From a virus (Duplodnaviria > Caudoviricetes): DNA of 39,761 bases. How positions within the stretch are numbered: the stretch's first letter is position 1; every line of letters starts with the position of its first letter. Below the pieces are notes generated by a model. The model searched no databases. It was not told the DNA's origin and worked only from the letters and a program-made list of their open reading frames with translations. Below are positions 1 through 9,972 of the stretch, in pieces. Location: IMG/VR virus record IMGVR_UViG_3300017780_000923, positions 1 to 39,761 of that record. One strand, 5' to 3'. Position numbers and translations under genes: made by a program.

Positions 1-1413
1 AATGCTAACGGTATTACTCAGGCTGAACTGGTTGGAGCAATGGGCTATGATCCTGCTGTAGTAGCATCACGATATGCTGCTGCTGGTATTGCTGCTAATC
101 CAGTTGCTCCTGTAGCTCCTGTAACGCCTACTCCAGTGCGTCCAACTACTCCTGTAGCTCCTGTTACAACTGCTCCTGTAAGTCCAGGCTCTCCTTTAAC
201 GCCTGCTGTTATGCCAAACTCTCCTACTGCTAATCCAAACGCATCAATAAATTACAATGCGGTTAATAACACTGGATTTGCTCCTAATTTTAATGCACAA
301 CAAGACTATAACTATGCACAACAAGATGTTCCTTATGGATTAACTGCTGCACAAGCAGCTATGACCAGTGGTCAGCAACAATCAGAGATGGCTCAGTTGC
401 AAGGACTTGCTGGTGGTGAAAGAGCATTAACAGAAGGACAAAGAGCATCATTACAGAATCTGGCATTAACACAGCAAAGAACCTCTGGTCTGTACGATAA
501 AGGCATTGGCTATTACGAACCATACACTGAGGCTGGAATAGGTGCTTATAACCAACAAGCAGCACTCAGTGGTGCATTAGGGCCTGAAGCTCAACAATCA
601 GCCTATGCAGCCTATCAGCAATCCCCTGGTGTAGCCTTTGCTCAACAGGAAGCTGAAAGAGCCATTTTAAGGAATGCTTCTGCTCTAGGTGGGCTTGGTG
701 GTGGCAATGTACGAGATGAACTCTCTCGTAGGGCTGTTGGTACTTATATGCAGGACTTCCAGAATCAATTTGGAAGGCTCGGTGATGTATCTGCTCAAGG
801 ATACAATGCTGCTAGTCAAGCTGCTGGTATGAGAGGAATGCAAGCAGGATCAGAGCAAACTCTTGGTATGACTGCTGCACAAATACCAATGAATGTAGGT
901 TCAGCCATTGCACAAGGTAGATTCCAAACTGGTCAGACTATAGGTGGTCAGAGAGGACAGCTTGGTCAAATAATGGGTAATCAAGCCTATCAAGCAGGTA
1001 GTGATATAGCCAGTGCCATTGCTAATACTACTTCATCACTGTCTGCTCTAACTAATGCTCAAGGTGCTGGTATGTCAGACATTATGAGCAATACAGTCAA
1101 TAATGTTAACAACCTATATCAAGCAGCGGCAGCCGGTGATTCCGAAGCTATAAGCCAGCTTCAATCAATGCTCGCTAATTTATCTACTGGTGCTGGTTCA
1201 AGCTACTCAAATGTTCCTTTAGTCCCAGGTGCTGTAACTAATCTTGCTCAAGGTGTAGCGGGTATAGGTGCTGGCTTTAGTAACTCAGGCAATACTTATA
1301 ACTATACAACTCCAGCAAGAAGTGGTGCTGGCGGTGGATATGGCCCAAACTATAATACGCCTTATCAAGCACCAGCAGCATTTAAAATGCCAGGTTTAGG
1401 AATAGGAAGCTAA
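1..1413 (+). CDS. DNA ejection/transfer protein (P22 gp7-like), C-terminal part; continues from the ORF starting at 38745
   Basis: G/A/Q-rich, with a YEPYTEAG...PGVAFAQQEAERA...ASALGGLGGG segment typical of podovirus ejection proteins. Bases 1-110 are identical to 39264-39373 and ATG40 is in frame with ATG38745, so the ATG at 40 is internal (joined protein ~643 aa). Confidence 0.65.
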   Translation, partial: NANGITQAELVGAMGYDPAVVASRYAAAGIAANPVAPVAPVTPTPVRPTTPVAPVTTAPVSPGSPLTPAVMPNSPTANPNASINYNAVNNTGFAPNFNAQQDYNYAQQDVPYGLTAAQAAMTSGQQQSEMAQLQGLAGGERALTEGQRASLQNLALTQQRTSGLYDKGIGYYEPYTEAGIGAYNQQAALSGALGPEAQQSAYAAYQQSPGVAFAQQEAERAILRNASALGGLGGGNVRDELSRRAVGTYMQDFQNQFGRLGDVSAQGYNAASQAAGMRGMQAGSEQTLGMTAAQIPMNVGSAIAQGRFQTGQTIGGQRGQLGQIMGNQAYQAGSDIASAIANTTSSLSALTNAQGAGMSDIMSNTVNNVNNLYQAAAAGDSEAISQLQSMLANLSTGAGSSYSNVPLVPGAVTNLAQGVAGIGAGFSNSGNTYNYTTPARSGAGGGYGPNYNTPYQAPAAFKMPGLGIGS

Positions 1414-1415
1414 AT

Positions 1416-2807
1416 ATGCCAATTCAATTTGATCCATTTGTAGCTTCACAAGGTCTTGCAGCAGGTCTAGCTGGAAAGCTGCCTGAATTTCAGCAAACTC
1501 AAAATCAGAAAGCCCAGCTTGATCTTGAGAAGAAAAAGCAAGACGATGAAATGCAAATAAAAATACAGGAAAGCCAATTTAAAGATGCTTATGCTGCTCA
1601 ACAGTTACTGTCTGGCGAAGACTATGACGGGATTGTTAAGCTAGGTATTACTCGTCTGACAATGCTTCAAGGATTGAATGCAAATCCTGCTGAAACACAG
1701 AGGGTATTGAAGTTAGCTATAGCAGCAAGAAATGGCGATCCAGATGCTAGAAGACTTTTAAAAGGAGAATTAGATTCTGCTGTAAAAGTGGGTCAAGCTA
1801 CTGGCGTGTTGAAAGCTCCTGAGAAGGAAGACCCAATGATTTTGAGCGAGGGTCAAGTGGCTATTGATTCGGCAGGAAAAATAATTGCACGGGGTGATAA
1901 AAAAACTGAAGCAGCACCAACTCAAAGTGAGTTTGAAAAAACAAGACAAACAGCACTGGGTTTGGAAAGATATCTTTTAACTAATCCTAATGATGCAGGG
2001 GCAAAAAAACAATTAGATTTAGTTAATGCTCGTCTTGAAACATTTAAATCAACTGGATCTGACGCTGCTATTAACGCGCAAGCTGATACAACATCATTTC
2101 TCGATGGATCAATACGAATAATTCCTACGTCTGGGCCTACAAGATTATACAATCCAGATGGTTCATTAGTTGAGGGAGCTGAGGAAACGGAAGAGTGGAA
2201 TAAAAGAACCCAACTGCTTGAGGAAACACGTTTAGCAACAGAAAAATCTAACGCAGCTAAAGCTACTGACGCAATTAAGTTCTCAAACGCAGCATTTGAA
2301 CAATCTGATTTACTTAGGAATAACATATATTTATTAAATCAAGCATTAGAAGCGGTAAACGAAGGAGCTAATACTGGGCCTATTGATTCACTTTGGCCTT
2401 CTTTAAGTGATGCTGGTGTAAAATTAGACGATGCACAACGTAAGCTCGGACTTAATATTATACAAGAAACAACATTTGGGGCGTTATCAAGAGCCGAGCT
2501 TTTATTAGCACTAGAAACAGCACTTCCAGCCAAACTGTCTGAAGGAGGTCTAGCACCATACCTTCAAGATAAAATGATAGTCACTGCAAAACTTGCAGCT
2601 TATTTGGAAGAAACTGGCGATTATTTGGCACAACCTGGAAATAATCTTGCTGGCTGGAGAAAACTAAAAAGAGAAGAACTAAACGAAACTAAAGACGCTA
2701 TTAAATTTGCTTTAGATAATCCCAAAGACGAGCGATCTCCTGGGATATTAGCTGATCCTCGGTCTATCACAGTATTAGAAGATAATCCTGATTTACGGAT
2801 GAGATAA
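1416..2807 (+). CDS. putative DNA ejection protein (gp20-like position)
   Basis: 463-aa helical protein, second in the ejection-protein block; assigned by synteny. Confidence 0.5.
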   Translation: MPIQFDPFVASQGLAAGLAGKLPEFQQTQNQKAQLDLEKKKQDDEMQIKIQESQFKDAYAAQQLLSGEDYDGIVKLGITRLTMLQGLNANPAETQRVLKLAIAARNGDPDARRLLKGELDSAVKVGQATGVLKAPEKEDPMILSEGQVAIDSAGKIIARGDKKTEAAPTQSEFEKTRQTALGLERYLLTNPNDAGAKKQLDLVNARLETFKSTGSDAAINAQADTTSFLDGSIRIIPTSGPTRLYNPDGSLVEGAEETEEWNKRTQLLEETRLATEKSNAAKATDAIKFSNAAFEQSDLLRNNIYLLNQALEAVNEGANTGPIDSLWPSLSDAGVKLDDAQRKLGLNIIQETTFGALSRAELLLALETALPAKLSEGGLAPYLQDKMIVTAKLAAYLEETGDYLAQPGNNLAGWRKLKREELNETKDAIKFALDNPKDERSPGILADPRSITVLEDNPDLRMR

Positions 2808-2811
2808 TATA

Positions 2812-4710
2812 ATGGCTTTTGATCCAGATAAATGGTTACAAAAAGGAAAACCTACTCAGGATACTGGTGTTTTTGATCCTGATGCTTGGTTGGCAAAAAG
2901 ACCTGCGTCTGCAACTACATCTACAAATACTGCTCCTAAAGCTCCAGGCTACCTGACTCGTGTAGAAAGGAGCTTAACTAACAGTATCGATAAATTTGAC
3001 GAGATAAAAAATTATATATCTACTGATACCTCTAGAGTTGTTAAAGACCCTATGGGCAATGACCAAGTAGTTAATGGGGCAGGATATAGAGCAGCCGCTG
3101 GAACAATCAGAGCAGCATCTGAAGTTGTAAATGTGGCTTTTTCTCCAGTTCTAGAAGGGATAGTAAGTCTTTGGAACACAGCAATATCGCCAGCATTAAG
3201 TGCTGTAACACCCAATTTTATAAAAGAAGGTGCTACTGATCTTGCGCTAAAAGCCATAGATACAGAAGTCGGGAAACAAGGTATAGCAGCATTGAATTCA
3301 GGAATTGATACCTATAGAGAGTGGGCTAAAACTAATCCTAATGATGCAAAACTTATTGGTGCTGTAATAAATATAGCTCCGTTCTCAAGACCCGCTAGAC
3401 TTACTACTGGTCTTAGTACATTTAATAATATAACCCGTAATTTGGATTCAGAGGCAGCAAAACAAGCTGCTCGAAATAGGATTGCATTTTTAGAAGATTT
3501 AACAACTCCAAAACAAACAGCCGCAGTTAAAAAGGGACAAAAGCAAAAGGAAACTGGAGGGCCATTACAAGGTCGCAGAATAATATCGACAGCTGAACAG
3601 CAAGCACAAATAGATATTGCCTATAAACTTCAAAAAATAAATGATGGAAATACAATGCTTGGCAATCAAAATGTTGTTGATATTATTAAAAATACAGAAG
3701 CAAAAAGATTAGTAGATGAATTAGAGAAGCCTATCAATGCTCTTATTCCTGCACCCACTATAACTAGCCAAGAAATTGCAGCGGCTACTAACAGAGCTGT
3801 TAACGAAGCATCAGCGTTACGTTATTTTGGAGGTAAAAATAAAAAGTTTGTAAAAAATGCAACCGAAGAAATGAGATCATTGATAGACAAAAATATGGCT
3901 CTTGGCACAATGTCTGATAGCAATGCGTTATTACAAGCCAGAAAAGAATTTGATGATTGGGTTTTAGAACAAAATCCAGACGCATTTGCAAAGGGAAATG
4001 CGTCAAAACAAACAGCAGCGGCTAAAGCTGTTAGAGATAGCATAACTGATTTGATTATTGGCAAAAATCCTCATGTTAATGTGGCTGAATCATTAAATAT
4101 GCAATCTAAACTTTTTGGTATTTTAGATACATTGGCTAAAAAAGTACCAGGCGAAGCAAATACTAATATTGGAAGAGCATGGCAAAAAATATCAAAATTA
4201 TCAGGTTTTCGTGACAAACTTAGTACCGTACTAGGAATTGCAACTGGTTCTGGAATGCTTGGTGCTACTTATTATTTTGCACCTGCTATAAGCGTTGGGT
4301 TAGGAGGGGCATTAGTAGTTACACTTGCTGGTAAAGCTCTTAGCTCCGTAACAGGGAAAAAATACTTGTCTTTTATGCTAAAAGAAATAGATGACACAAT
4401 ACTTACATCTAAGGTTGCTAGAGATATTATTGCTTTACAGCTATCTAAAAAAACCATAGAAGAACTCATTAGCACAATGGATATGCAAGATCAACAGAAC
4501 CCTAATGCTGTACAATCACAGACACCTAGTGGTCAACCAGCAGTTGTAGCACCTCTTTTAGCACCTGCTAGACCACCATTACCAGGGCCTGTTGCTCAAA
4601 CCAGTCCACAGGATATGCCCTTTAATGCTCTGCAAGGTACTGGTATAGCTCAAGCATTAAGACCACAAGAAGCGTACAGGCAAGCTATGACTGGTATTGG
4701 CGGTCGATAA
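2812..4710 (+). CDS. putative DNA ejection protein (gp16-like position)
   Basis: 632 aa; N-terminal FDPDxWL repeated twice; hydrophobic Gly-rich segment near aa 470-510; precedes the tail fibre. Confidence 0.5.
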   Translation: MAFDPDKWLQKGKPTQDTGVFDPDAWLAKRPASATTSTNTAPKAPGYLTRVERSLTNSIDKFDEIKNYISTDTSRVVKDPMGNDQVVNGAGYRAAAGTIRAASEVVNVAFSPVLEGIVSLWNTAISPALSAVTPNFIKEGATDLALKAIDTEVGKQGIAALNSGIDTYREWAKTNPNDAKLIGAVINIAPFSRPARLTTGLSTFNNITRNLDSEAAKQAARNRIAFLEDLTTPKQTAAVKKGQKQKETGGPLQGRRIISTAEQQAQIDIAYKLQKINDGNTMLGNQNVVDIIKNTEAKRLVDELEKPINALIPAPTITSQEIAAATNRAVNEASALRYFGGKNKKFVKNATEEMRSLIDKNMALGTMSDSNALLQARKEFDDWVLEQNPDAFAKGNASKQTAAAKAVRDSITDLIIGKNPHVNVAESLNMQSKLFGILDTLAKKVPGEANTNIGRAWQKISKLSGFRDKLSTVLGIATGSGMLGATYYFAPAISVGLGGALVVTLAGKALSSVTGKKYLSFMLKEIDDTILTSKVARDIIALQLSKKTIEELISTMDMQDQQNPNAVQSQTPSGQPAVVAPLLAPARPPLPGPVAQTSPQDMPFNALQGTGIAQALRPQEAYRQAMTGIGGR

Positions 4711-4725
4711 TTTCAGGAGTAAGAA

Positions 4726-5931
4726 ATGGCTCGTTTTGGCTCGTTAGGCACACAGTATTTCGACAGTAATGGCAATCCATTATCTGGTGGAAAGATATAT
4801 TTCTATAACAGTGGTACAACTACTGCCAAAGATACGTTTACGACTGCTGGGTATACTGTTGCTAATACTAATCCTGTTATCTTGTCTGCTGGTGGTAGAC
4901 AACCAAACATATTCTTCAATGGTTCTGCTAAAGCTATTTTAGCTGATTCTAATGGTGTTCAGATAGAATCAAGAGACCCTGTTGGAGATACAGCCACTAC
5001 AGCCTTTGCTGCTTGGTCTGCTACTGAGATTTATTCATCTGGTGATATTGTCACCGGTTCTGATGGTAGTTATTACTCTAGCTTACAAAGCAATAATATT
5101 AACAATAATCCTGTAACTCCAAGTCCAACATACTGGGCAGTATTAAATATATTCTCAGCTTGGAGTGCTACAACAACCTATTCTCAATATCAAATAGCTA
5201 CTGGCTCTAATGGTAATATTTACTATTCTTTAGCTGGATCAAACCTAAACCATAATCCAGTTAGCGATACCTCTAATACTTATTGGATAGGTTCTGTTCG
5301 TGGCCCTGGTGTAGCTGTAACTGATCGAATAGCTACTTTTAATGGTACTACAGGAAATTTAATAAAAGACTCAGGGACGCTTATAACTGGGTTAGCTACC
5401 TCTGGTGCAAACTCAAACATCACAAGTCTTTCAGGTCTGACTACGCCTCTTTCTATAGCACAAGGAGGCACTAACTCAACTGCTACGGCTACTAATGGTG
5501 GTATAGGTTATGGTACTGGTACGGCTCATGCTTATACTGCTGCCGGAACACTTGGTCAGGTTCTGACTTCTGCTGGTGCTGGTACTCCTACTTGGAGTGC
5601 TGCCGCAGCAGGGTCAGTTACTAGTGTAGCAGCTACAGTTCCAAGTCTTCTAAGCATCTCCGGCAGTCCGATCACATCCTCTGGCACTCTAGCCTTTACC
5701 TACTCAGGCACTGCATTGCCAGTAGCCAATGGTGGCACGGGTGCTACTACGTTAACCGCTAATAATGTTGTCTTGGGCAATGGCACATCTGCGGTTTCTT
5801 TTGTAGCACCAAGTACGTCAGGTAATATTTTAACCAGTAATGGAACAACGTGGTCTAGTACAGCACCAGCAGCACCAATAGTGCCAGCCGGAGCAATCAT
5901 ATACACAGCACTTAACTTTGGAGGATTTTAA
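4726..5931 (+). CDS. tail fibre/tailspike with head-binding domain and two carbohydrate-binding-like (CBM5/12-type) repeats
   Basis: N-terminal QYFDSNGNPLSGGKIYFY...NTNPVIL head-binding motif; two AWSATxxYS..I.TGSxG.YYSL....NxNP repeats; T/G/S-rich fibre repeats (LPVANGGTG); AGGAG RBS. Confidence 0.75.
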   Translation: MARFGSLGTQYFDSNGNPLSGGKIYFYNSGTTTAKDTFTTAGYTVANTNPVILSAGGRQPNIFFNGSAKAILADSNGVQIESRDPVGDTATTAFAAWSATEIYSSGDIVTGSDGSYYSSLQSNNINNNPVTPSPTYWAVLNIFSAWSATTTYSQYQIATGSNGNIYYSLAGSNLNHNPVSDTSNTYWIGSVRGPGVAVTDRIATFNGTTGNLIKDSGTLITGLATSGANSNITSLSGLTTPLSIAQGGTNSTATATNGGIGYGTGTAHAYTAAGTLGQVLTSAGAGTPTWSAAAAGSVTSVAATVPSLLSISGSPITSSGTLAFTYSGTALPVANGGTGATTLTANNVVLGNGTSAVSFVAPSTSGNILTSNGTTWSSTAPAAPIVPAGAIIYTALNFGGF

Positions 5932-5933
5932 TC

Positions 5934-6380
5934 ATGGCAGTCACAGCAACCCCGATCTTTGCACAAACACCTTACGCCATATCACTTACGCTTGCGGCTC
6001 GGACTGCGTGTACAACTCGTGCGCCTACAGCCACAGCGTCTTTAGCAGGGGCTAATATTATTGCTTTTGTCCCAGCGTCTACGAATGGGTTGAGGATTGA
6101 CTCTATCCAAATTAATAATTGTGGAACTGGCATAAGTACAGCCAACGCAGCATCAATTGTTGGTATATGGATGTGGGATGGTACAACTGCTTTTCTAATA
6201 CAAGAGATATTAGTCACGGCTGTAACTCCTAGCACAACAGTAGCAGCGTTTACTTCGACCTATACTTTTCCAATTGCTCTTAATCTACCTGCTGCATTTG
6301 CTTTGTATGCAAGTGTTGCTGTTACAACGACTGCTGCTGGTACTGCATTGATGGTAACTGCTTTTGGTGGAGCGTACTAA
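5934..6380 (+). CDS. tail-associated hypothetical protein
   Basis: 148-aa A/T-rich beta-type protein directly after the tail fibre; GGAGG RBS. Confidence 0.5.
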   Translation: MAVTATPIFAQTPYAISLTLAARTACTTRAPTATASLAGANIIAFVPASTNGLRIDSIQINNCGTGISTANAASIVGIWMWDGTTAFLIQEILVTAVTPSTTVAAFTSTYTFPIALNLPAAFALYASVAVTTTAAGTALMVTAFGGAY

Positions 6381-6381
6381 T

Positions 6382-7416
6382 ATGGCTACCGCATTTGGAT
6401 ACAAAACTATTCCTGCCGCAAACGTCCAAGAATTTAAAACAAGTTCATATTGGAAAAAACCGGCTGGCGTTACTCTTGTAATGGTAGAACTGTGGGGTGG
6501 CGGTGGTGGTGGGGGAAGTGGTAAATCTAGTAGTCTTGGAACTAACGTAATGGGAGGAGGTGGTGGCGGTGGTGGAGCATATAATTACAGAATATTTAAT
6601 GCTGCTTGTTTAATTAGCACAGTGCTTGTCACTATTGCGGCAGGTGGAGCGGGAGGGGCAACTGTTACTGGTGGTGCTTCATGCGGAAATAATGGCACTG
6701 CTGGAGGTGCGTCTGGATTTGGTGAGTTAATAACTGCAAATAGTATTTCATTTGGATTATACCTCAGTGCATTTGGAGGTTATTTTGGTGTTGGCGGTGC
6801 AACCTTTTGTAGAACTTATTACGGGGGTGGCGGTGGTGGTGCTTTTCCATCTTATGGTGGTGTTTCTCAAAGTCCGGGTGCGCCAGCCAAGCAGAATTTA
6901 AGTAGTACTACTTTAGTTGCTGCTGGTGCATTTGGGGGCGGAGCAGTTACTGGTACTGCGGGTATTGCTTGTACTGCAAGATATGCAGGAGAATTTGGCG
7001 GTGCATCAGGAGGCATACCCAGAAGAGTTTGTGGTTTAGGAGGTGCTGATGGACTTCCGGCAGTTTTAGGTGGCGCAGGTGGAGGGGCAGGAGGAACTAA
7101 GCATTGTGGCACTTTTAGTTATGGTGGTTCTGGAGGAGGAAGAATTTATGTTGCTTCTATATGTTGTCAAAAGGGAGCAGCAGGTGGTCAAGGAGCAATT
7201 GGCAAGGCTGGATGCGTATTATCTACAACACAGAAACAGATAACATTAGGATTTGGTGGTGGTGGCGGGGGAGTTGACTGTTCAGCAGGTTTTGCTGGCG
7301 GTAAAGGTTCATTTGGAGGCGGGGGAGGAGGTGGCGGTGGTGGAGCAGGTTGTTCTGGAACTTCTGGTGTTGGTGGTGCTGGTGGTGCTGGATTTGCTAG
7401 AATTTCTAGTTGGTAA
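6382..7416 (+). CDS. glycine-rich tail fibre-associated protein
   Basis: W.KPAGVTLVMVELWGGGGGGG N-terminus, GGxGGxG repeats and C-terminal GGAGGAGFARISSW. Start moved to ATG6382, right after the upstream stop. Confidence 0.65.
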   Translation: MATAFGYKTIPAANVQEFKTSSYWKKPAGVTLVMVELWGGGGGGGSGKSSSLGTNVMGGGGGGGGAYNYRIFNAACLISTVLVTIAAGGAGGATVTGGASCGNNGTAGGASGFGELITANSISFGLYLSAFGGYFGVGGATFCRTYYGGGGGGAFPSYGGVSQSPGAPAKQNLSSTTLVAAGAFGGGAVTGTAGIACTARYAGEFGGASGGIPRRVCGLGGADGLPAVLGGAGGGAGGTKHCGTFSYGGSGGGRIYVASICCQKGAAGGQGAIGKAGCVLSTTQKQITLGFGGGGGGVDCSAGFAGGKGSFGGGGGGGGGGAGCSGTSGVGGAGGAGFARISSW

Positions 7417-7754
7417 AAGGTAAATTTATGAAATATGCAATTATAATAAACGACAAAGTTAGTAGCATAGTAGAATCAAATTCTGCACTCATGGAAAATT
7501 GGGTAGAAGGAGAGTTAGCATCAATTGGTGATTCATATGATGGGGTAAATTTTACTAAACCGCCAATAGACATAAAGGCTTACGCAGAATATGAAAGAAA
7601 CATTAGAAACGCAAAATTAACCAATTCCGACTGGACTCAAGTTGTTGATAGCACAGCAGATAAAGCAGCATGGGCAACATACCGTCAGGCGTTGCGAGAT
7701 ATTACTAAACAAGATGGCTTTCCATTAGCAGTTGTACAACCAATTTCCCCATAA
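7410..7754 (+). CDS. tail fibre assembly chaperone-like protein
   Basis: RNAKLTNSDWTQ..D......W..YRQALRDI motif of phage tail assembly chaperones; true start may be ATG7428. Confidence 0.7.
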   Translation: MVKGKFMKYAIIINDKVSSIVESNSALMENWVEGELASIGDSYDGVNFTKPPIDIKAYAEYERNIRNAKLTNSDWTQVVDSTADKAAWATYRQALRDITKQDGFPLAVVQPISP

Positions 7755-7761
7755 GGACTAC

Positions 7762-8418
7762 ATGACGGATACTACAGAAGAAGTTAAGCCTGATTTTGAT
7801 GCGTACTATTATTTTCCATCACCAGTATATGTAGCAAAGAAGCCAGAATTTCTAGAAATAATAAATGAAGTATCAGAGGAAGCACTAAAAAAAATAACGC
7901 ATGATGTTGATGAAATATATCCAATGCACAACACAGACAATTATGCCGGTGATTCTCGTTTAGTTGATTTCTGTAACTGTTTATGGCAAAGCGGTTGGAG
8001 TATTTTAAACGGTCAAGGCTATCATATGAATAGCTTTAATGTGGTGGTTGATGCGGTATGGACGCAGGAACATTACAAGCACTCGTTAATGGAACAACAC
8101 GTTCACGGTGGTGGAAATCAGTTGGTAGGTTTCTACTTTTTAGAGACACCAGAAAATTGTTCAAGAGTAATGTTCCATGATCCACGAGGCGGCAAAGTCC
8201 AAATCAACCTACCAGAGACTGACATGAGCGTAGCTACGCCTGCATCTAACACGATTAACTTTCAGCCAGAGCCTGGGATGATGTTAATAAGTAACGCATG
8301 GCTACCACATTCATTTGGCAGACATGGTTCAGACAAACCGATTAAGTTTGTGCATTTTAATCTGAGTGTGCAGTACGCACCGCAAGTCTGTAATACTAAT
8401 GCGGCAGAAGTGGTTTGA
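7762..8418 (+). CDS. 2OG-Fe(II) oxygenase superfamily protein (TIGR02466-like)
   Basis: HVH...LVGFYFL...FHDPR...P.PG...I.NAWLPH...FNL pattern; AAGGA RBS before ATG7762. Confidence 0.75.
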   Translation: MTDTTEEVKPDFDAYYYFPSPVYVAKKPEFLEIINEVSEEALKKITHDVDEIYPMHNTDNYAGDSRLVDFCNCLWQSGWSILNGQGYHMNSFNVVVDAVWTQEHYKHSLMEQHVHGGGNQLVGFYFLETPENCSRVMFHDPRGGKVQINLPETDMSVATPASNTINFQPEPGMMLISNAWLPHSFGRHGSDKPIKFVHFNLSVQYAPQVCNTNAAEVV

Positions 8419-8678
8419 AGTATTTAATAAGATTTAACAAGAGTAGAGGTCAGGCCGGTCGAGGAACAATGGAACACGTTTGGCGAGTGTTTGAAGGTGA
8501 CAACGCTGAGAAAGAATATTTGTTCAAGCACTTTGTGTTGAATGTTAATTCCGCAAGTGAGAAAACCGGAGAAGATTGGAATATAAGTTGTCACGGTATT
8601 TTAGTAATAGATAAAAAGACATCGACAGCAACAATCAACAAGGAACGGACATGGACTATCAACCAGCTTTTAATCTAG
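8415..8678 (+). CDS. hypothetical protein
   Basis: 87 aa, TTG start overlapping the upstream stop. Confidence 0.55.
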   Translation: MKYLIRFNKSRGQAGRGTMEHVWRVFEGDNAEKEYLFKHFVLNVNSASEKTGEDWNISCHGILVIDKKTSTATINKERTWTINQLLI

Positions 8679-8872
8679 CCATCGGAGCAGCAGCGTTTTT
8701 CGGAGGCTTCTTGTTTAATAAACTTTGGGCAGCCATCGACAAACTCGACACAGAAGTTCGTGATTTGCCAAAAGTCTACGTTGCAAAAGAAGACTACAAG
8801 TCAGACATCCATGAAATTAAGGGAATGCTTCGACAAATCTTTGATATGCTCGCTTTAAAGGCTGATAAATGA
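8651..8872 (+). CDS. small membrane/coiled-coil protein (holin/antiholin-like)
   Basis: One N-terminal TM segment followed by a YVAKEDY coiled coil; first gene of the lysis region. Confidence 0.5.
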   Translation: MDYQPAFNLAIGAAAFFGGFLFNKLWAAIDKLDTEVRDLPKVYVAKEDYKSDIHEIKGMLRQIFDMLALKADK

Positions 8873-9408
8873 GATACCTACTCTTACTACTTATGTTTGT
8901 TTGTTCTGCTTCACAAGCTGCTCGCTATCAAATCTGTGTTGGTGAGTTTGCCTTCTGCGGTGCATCAAGTGCTGTACCAACTGGTAACTTAATAACTGTT
9001 AATACTCCTACAGGAACAGCTCAGTTCAACGAAGCAATGGCTGTATGTCCTGTTATGAATGGAAGCTCTGTAGCTGATGTCAAAGGTGGGAATATGCAAG
9101 GCAGTTGTGATGCAGCAGAAGGTCATGTATGGTCACTGTTTGCACCATTCTCAGAAGTACCTACTGCACCAACCTGGGATGTGACTACTGTTGTTCCTAG
9201 ATTATTCGTAAGCGGATCAGATGCAAATTTTAGCCAGATGTTTTCATTCGATTGCGTCAAGACAGAAATAGTAAACGGAGTTCAGTTAGCTGATTGCTTT
9301 GGTGCTATCAACGAGAGTCTGACAGGCGCACCAGTACCTGCTGGAACTACGATGTTGACCGAAGCACCTTTAGGCTCAATTCTTCCTGTATCAGGCTCAC
9401 TTCCATAG
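8869..9408 (+). CDS. secreted cysteine-containing hypothetical protein
   Basis: Signal-peptide-like MRYLLLLLMFVCSASQA; six further Cys in the mature part. Confidence 0.55.
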   Translation: MRYLLLLLMFVCSASQAARYQICVGEFAFCGASSAVPTGNLITVNTPTGTAQFNEAMAVCPVMNGSSVADVKGGNMQGSCDAAEGHVWSLFAPFSEVPTAPTWDVTTVVPRLFVSGSDANFSQMFSFDCVKTEIVNGVQLADCFGAINESLTGAPVPAGTTMLTEAPLGSILPVSGSLP

Positions 9409-9415
9409 GTGACAT

Positions 9416-9898
9416 ATGCTTACTTTGCTCTCCACGATTATCTCGTTCCTTGCTGGTGGTTTGCCTAAGTTATTAGATTTCTTCCAAGACTCTAAAGACA
9501 AATCCCATGAGCTTAAAATGATGGCTCAACAGGCTGAACGTGAAATGTTGATGGCAGAGCGTGGCTTTATAGCTCAAGCCAGAATAGAAGAAATTAAGAA
9601 TGAAGCTACCTTTGTGCAAGCAGCAGTTAGCGAGAAACTAGCTCTACTCAACCATGATATAGAGATTGGTAAAGGAGCGTCTGTCTGGGTAATTAATCTA
9701 CGAGCGTTAGTACGGCCTATGATTACCTACGGTATGTTCTTGCTGCTGTGTGCTGTAGATGCCTTCGGGTTCTATTATGCTATTCAGACAGATGTAGCAT
9801 TTGCAGATGCTATGTCTTTATTGTGGGATGAAGAAACTCAGATCATCTGGAGTTCTATAGTAGCCTTTCACTTTGGTAGCCAAGCATTTAAAAAATAG
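9416..9898 (+). CDS. holin (3TM, GTA-holin-like)
   Basis: WVINLRALVRPMITY motif, TM helices, F.FGS C-terminus; directly upstream of the lysozyme. Confidence 0.65.
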   Translation: MLTLLSTIISFLAGGLPKLLDFFQDSKDKSHELKMMAQQAEREMLMAERGFIAQARIEEIKNEATFVQAAVSEKLALLNHDIEIGKGASVWVINLRALVRPMITYGMFLLLCAVDAFGFYYAIQTDVAFADAMSLLWDEETQIIWSSIVAFHFGSQAFKK

Positions 9899-9900
9899 AA

Positions 9901-9960
9901 ATGGTTTAAGCCAGGACATTTACAAATTTGGAAATTCAAAATTCCAAAAAATTCTGGGGA
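9901..9960 (+). repeat. dispersed A-tract element, copy 1 (TTTGGAAA.TCAAAATT...AAAAATTCTGGGGA)
   Basis: Degenerate match to 20161-20234; inverted core CCCCAGAAT at 24112-24120. Confidence 0.55.
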
Positions 9961-9972
9961 AAAAACTGAATA

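Noticed and set aside
1-465. Diversity-generating retroelement TR/VR pair (1-465 vs 39264-39761)
   Set aside because: No reverse transcriptase; differences are not adenine-specific and include a 33-bp indel.
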